In this document: positions 63,301 through 64,000 of the stretch, piece after piece
How the letters are laid out: the number at the start of each line of letters is the position of its first letter
How positions within the stretch are numbered: position 1 is the first letter of the stretch
From: Kondoa subrosea
Lineage: Eukaryota
DNA: 64,000 bases
Assembly (NCBI GenBank): GCA_039545335.1
Contig: BCIN01000002.1
Coordinates: 881,118 to 945,117 of the forward strand
Direction: 5' to 3'
Translations under genes and position numbers: made by a program
Notes under the pieces: model-generated
Seen by the model: only the letters and a program-made list of their open reading frames with translations
Databases searched by the model: none
What the model was told of the DNA's origin: nothing

Positions 63301-64000
63301 TTTCAATGTATATTCAAGAGCCGAAGCAACTTCGATTGAGAGGGAGGTGGATGAGATGTCTAGCTGCTTGCCTGAGAAGGTAGACACTTGTGAGGAAGGA
63401 CGTTTCTTGCTGGCCAGATAGAGGTCAGGAACGGCCAGTTGAGGAGCAGATGGAGCAGAATTCGGTGTAAAAGGGGGATCATTGCCTTTGAAGATCAGGC
63501 TTGGTTGCAGTTGAGCTACTTTCGCTGGAGTTGTATCACTCTTCCTTTCTGAAGAAAGAGCGCTGACTGGATCTTTCGGTTTCAATGAGCTAGACTGGGA
63601 GACTGTGGGAGACTGTGCGCGAGATGATTGTTTAGAGGGCGAGCGAGAGCCGGATGCCTGTACCTCTGAGACAATTGGGCTCGAGATTGAAGGCTGATTA
63701 GTTTGTGGCTTGCTAGGAGAAGCAGCAGCATTTGTGTTGCCATTCGCTTTGTCTAGCGATTTAAGTTGTTCAGATGAAGATTTTGCCGGGCTTTCATCCT
63801 GCTGAGAATTGGAAGGTCCACGAGCAAGAAGATCAAACGGAGAAGTGAATGTGAACATAGAAGCTTGCGGAACCTGAGCGGAAGACGCTGGTTTGCTCGA
63901 ATCCTGAGAAGGCGTTGTCGGAGCAGAAGCTTGCAGCAACTGTTCGAGCAAGAGAGTACCTTGAGACGGTTTGGTAGGCACTGAAGCTGGTGCAGGACTG
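60315..64000 (-). CDS. EDC4: Enhancer of mRNA decapping Edc4/Pdc1-like protein (WD40 plus coiled coil); 5' end outside the window
   Basis: FTFTSPFDLL; LIAYATKRGSIRVLDRNSGARLLLKGH; SNTLRGSIFALH; C-terminal VSQTVLLSLAHRL; TAA on the minus strand 60317-60315. Confidence 0.78.

Overview
Compact, intron-dense fungal genomic DNA, with about 27 multi-exon genes, most introns around 45-65 nt and many micro-exons. The protein sequences and splice style point to a basidiomycete, plausibly Pucciniomycotina (inference). Most of the window is housekeeping: succinyl-CoA ligase beta, an F-BAR RhoGAP, Ysc84/Lsb3, a PhnP-type metallo-hydrolase, a Dabb protein, Bck1, Pmt2, TMEM205-like, an exomer ChAP, two SDRs, Utp18, a BTB protein, a GH5 mannanase, IMPDH, an MFS transporter, a GNAT, Met17, Cyc8, Rcl1, Elp6, Pup3 and Edc4-like. 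There are two accessory islands. The first (24.5-27.4 kb) holds a gene built from three tandem ~115-aa modules, each with a C-x4-C-x11/12-H-x3-C finger and a 72-nt exon in the same position, plus a divergent fourth finger. It is not visible as a unit in the ORF track and shows splice/frame lesions, one possibly rescued by intronization. The second (30.4-33.0 kb) holds decayed gene remnants and a 186-bp tandem duplication. Other features found by hand: a snR54-like box C/D snoRNA in an IMPDH intron, a 3-nt exon in PUP3, two divergent genes whose ATGs are 27 bp apart, and a GH5 with a transmembrane hairpin inside its barrel. Gene models were spliced by eye and no database search was run.
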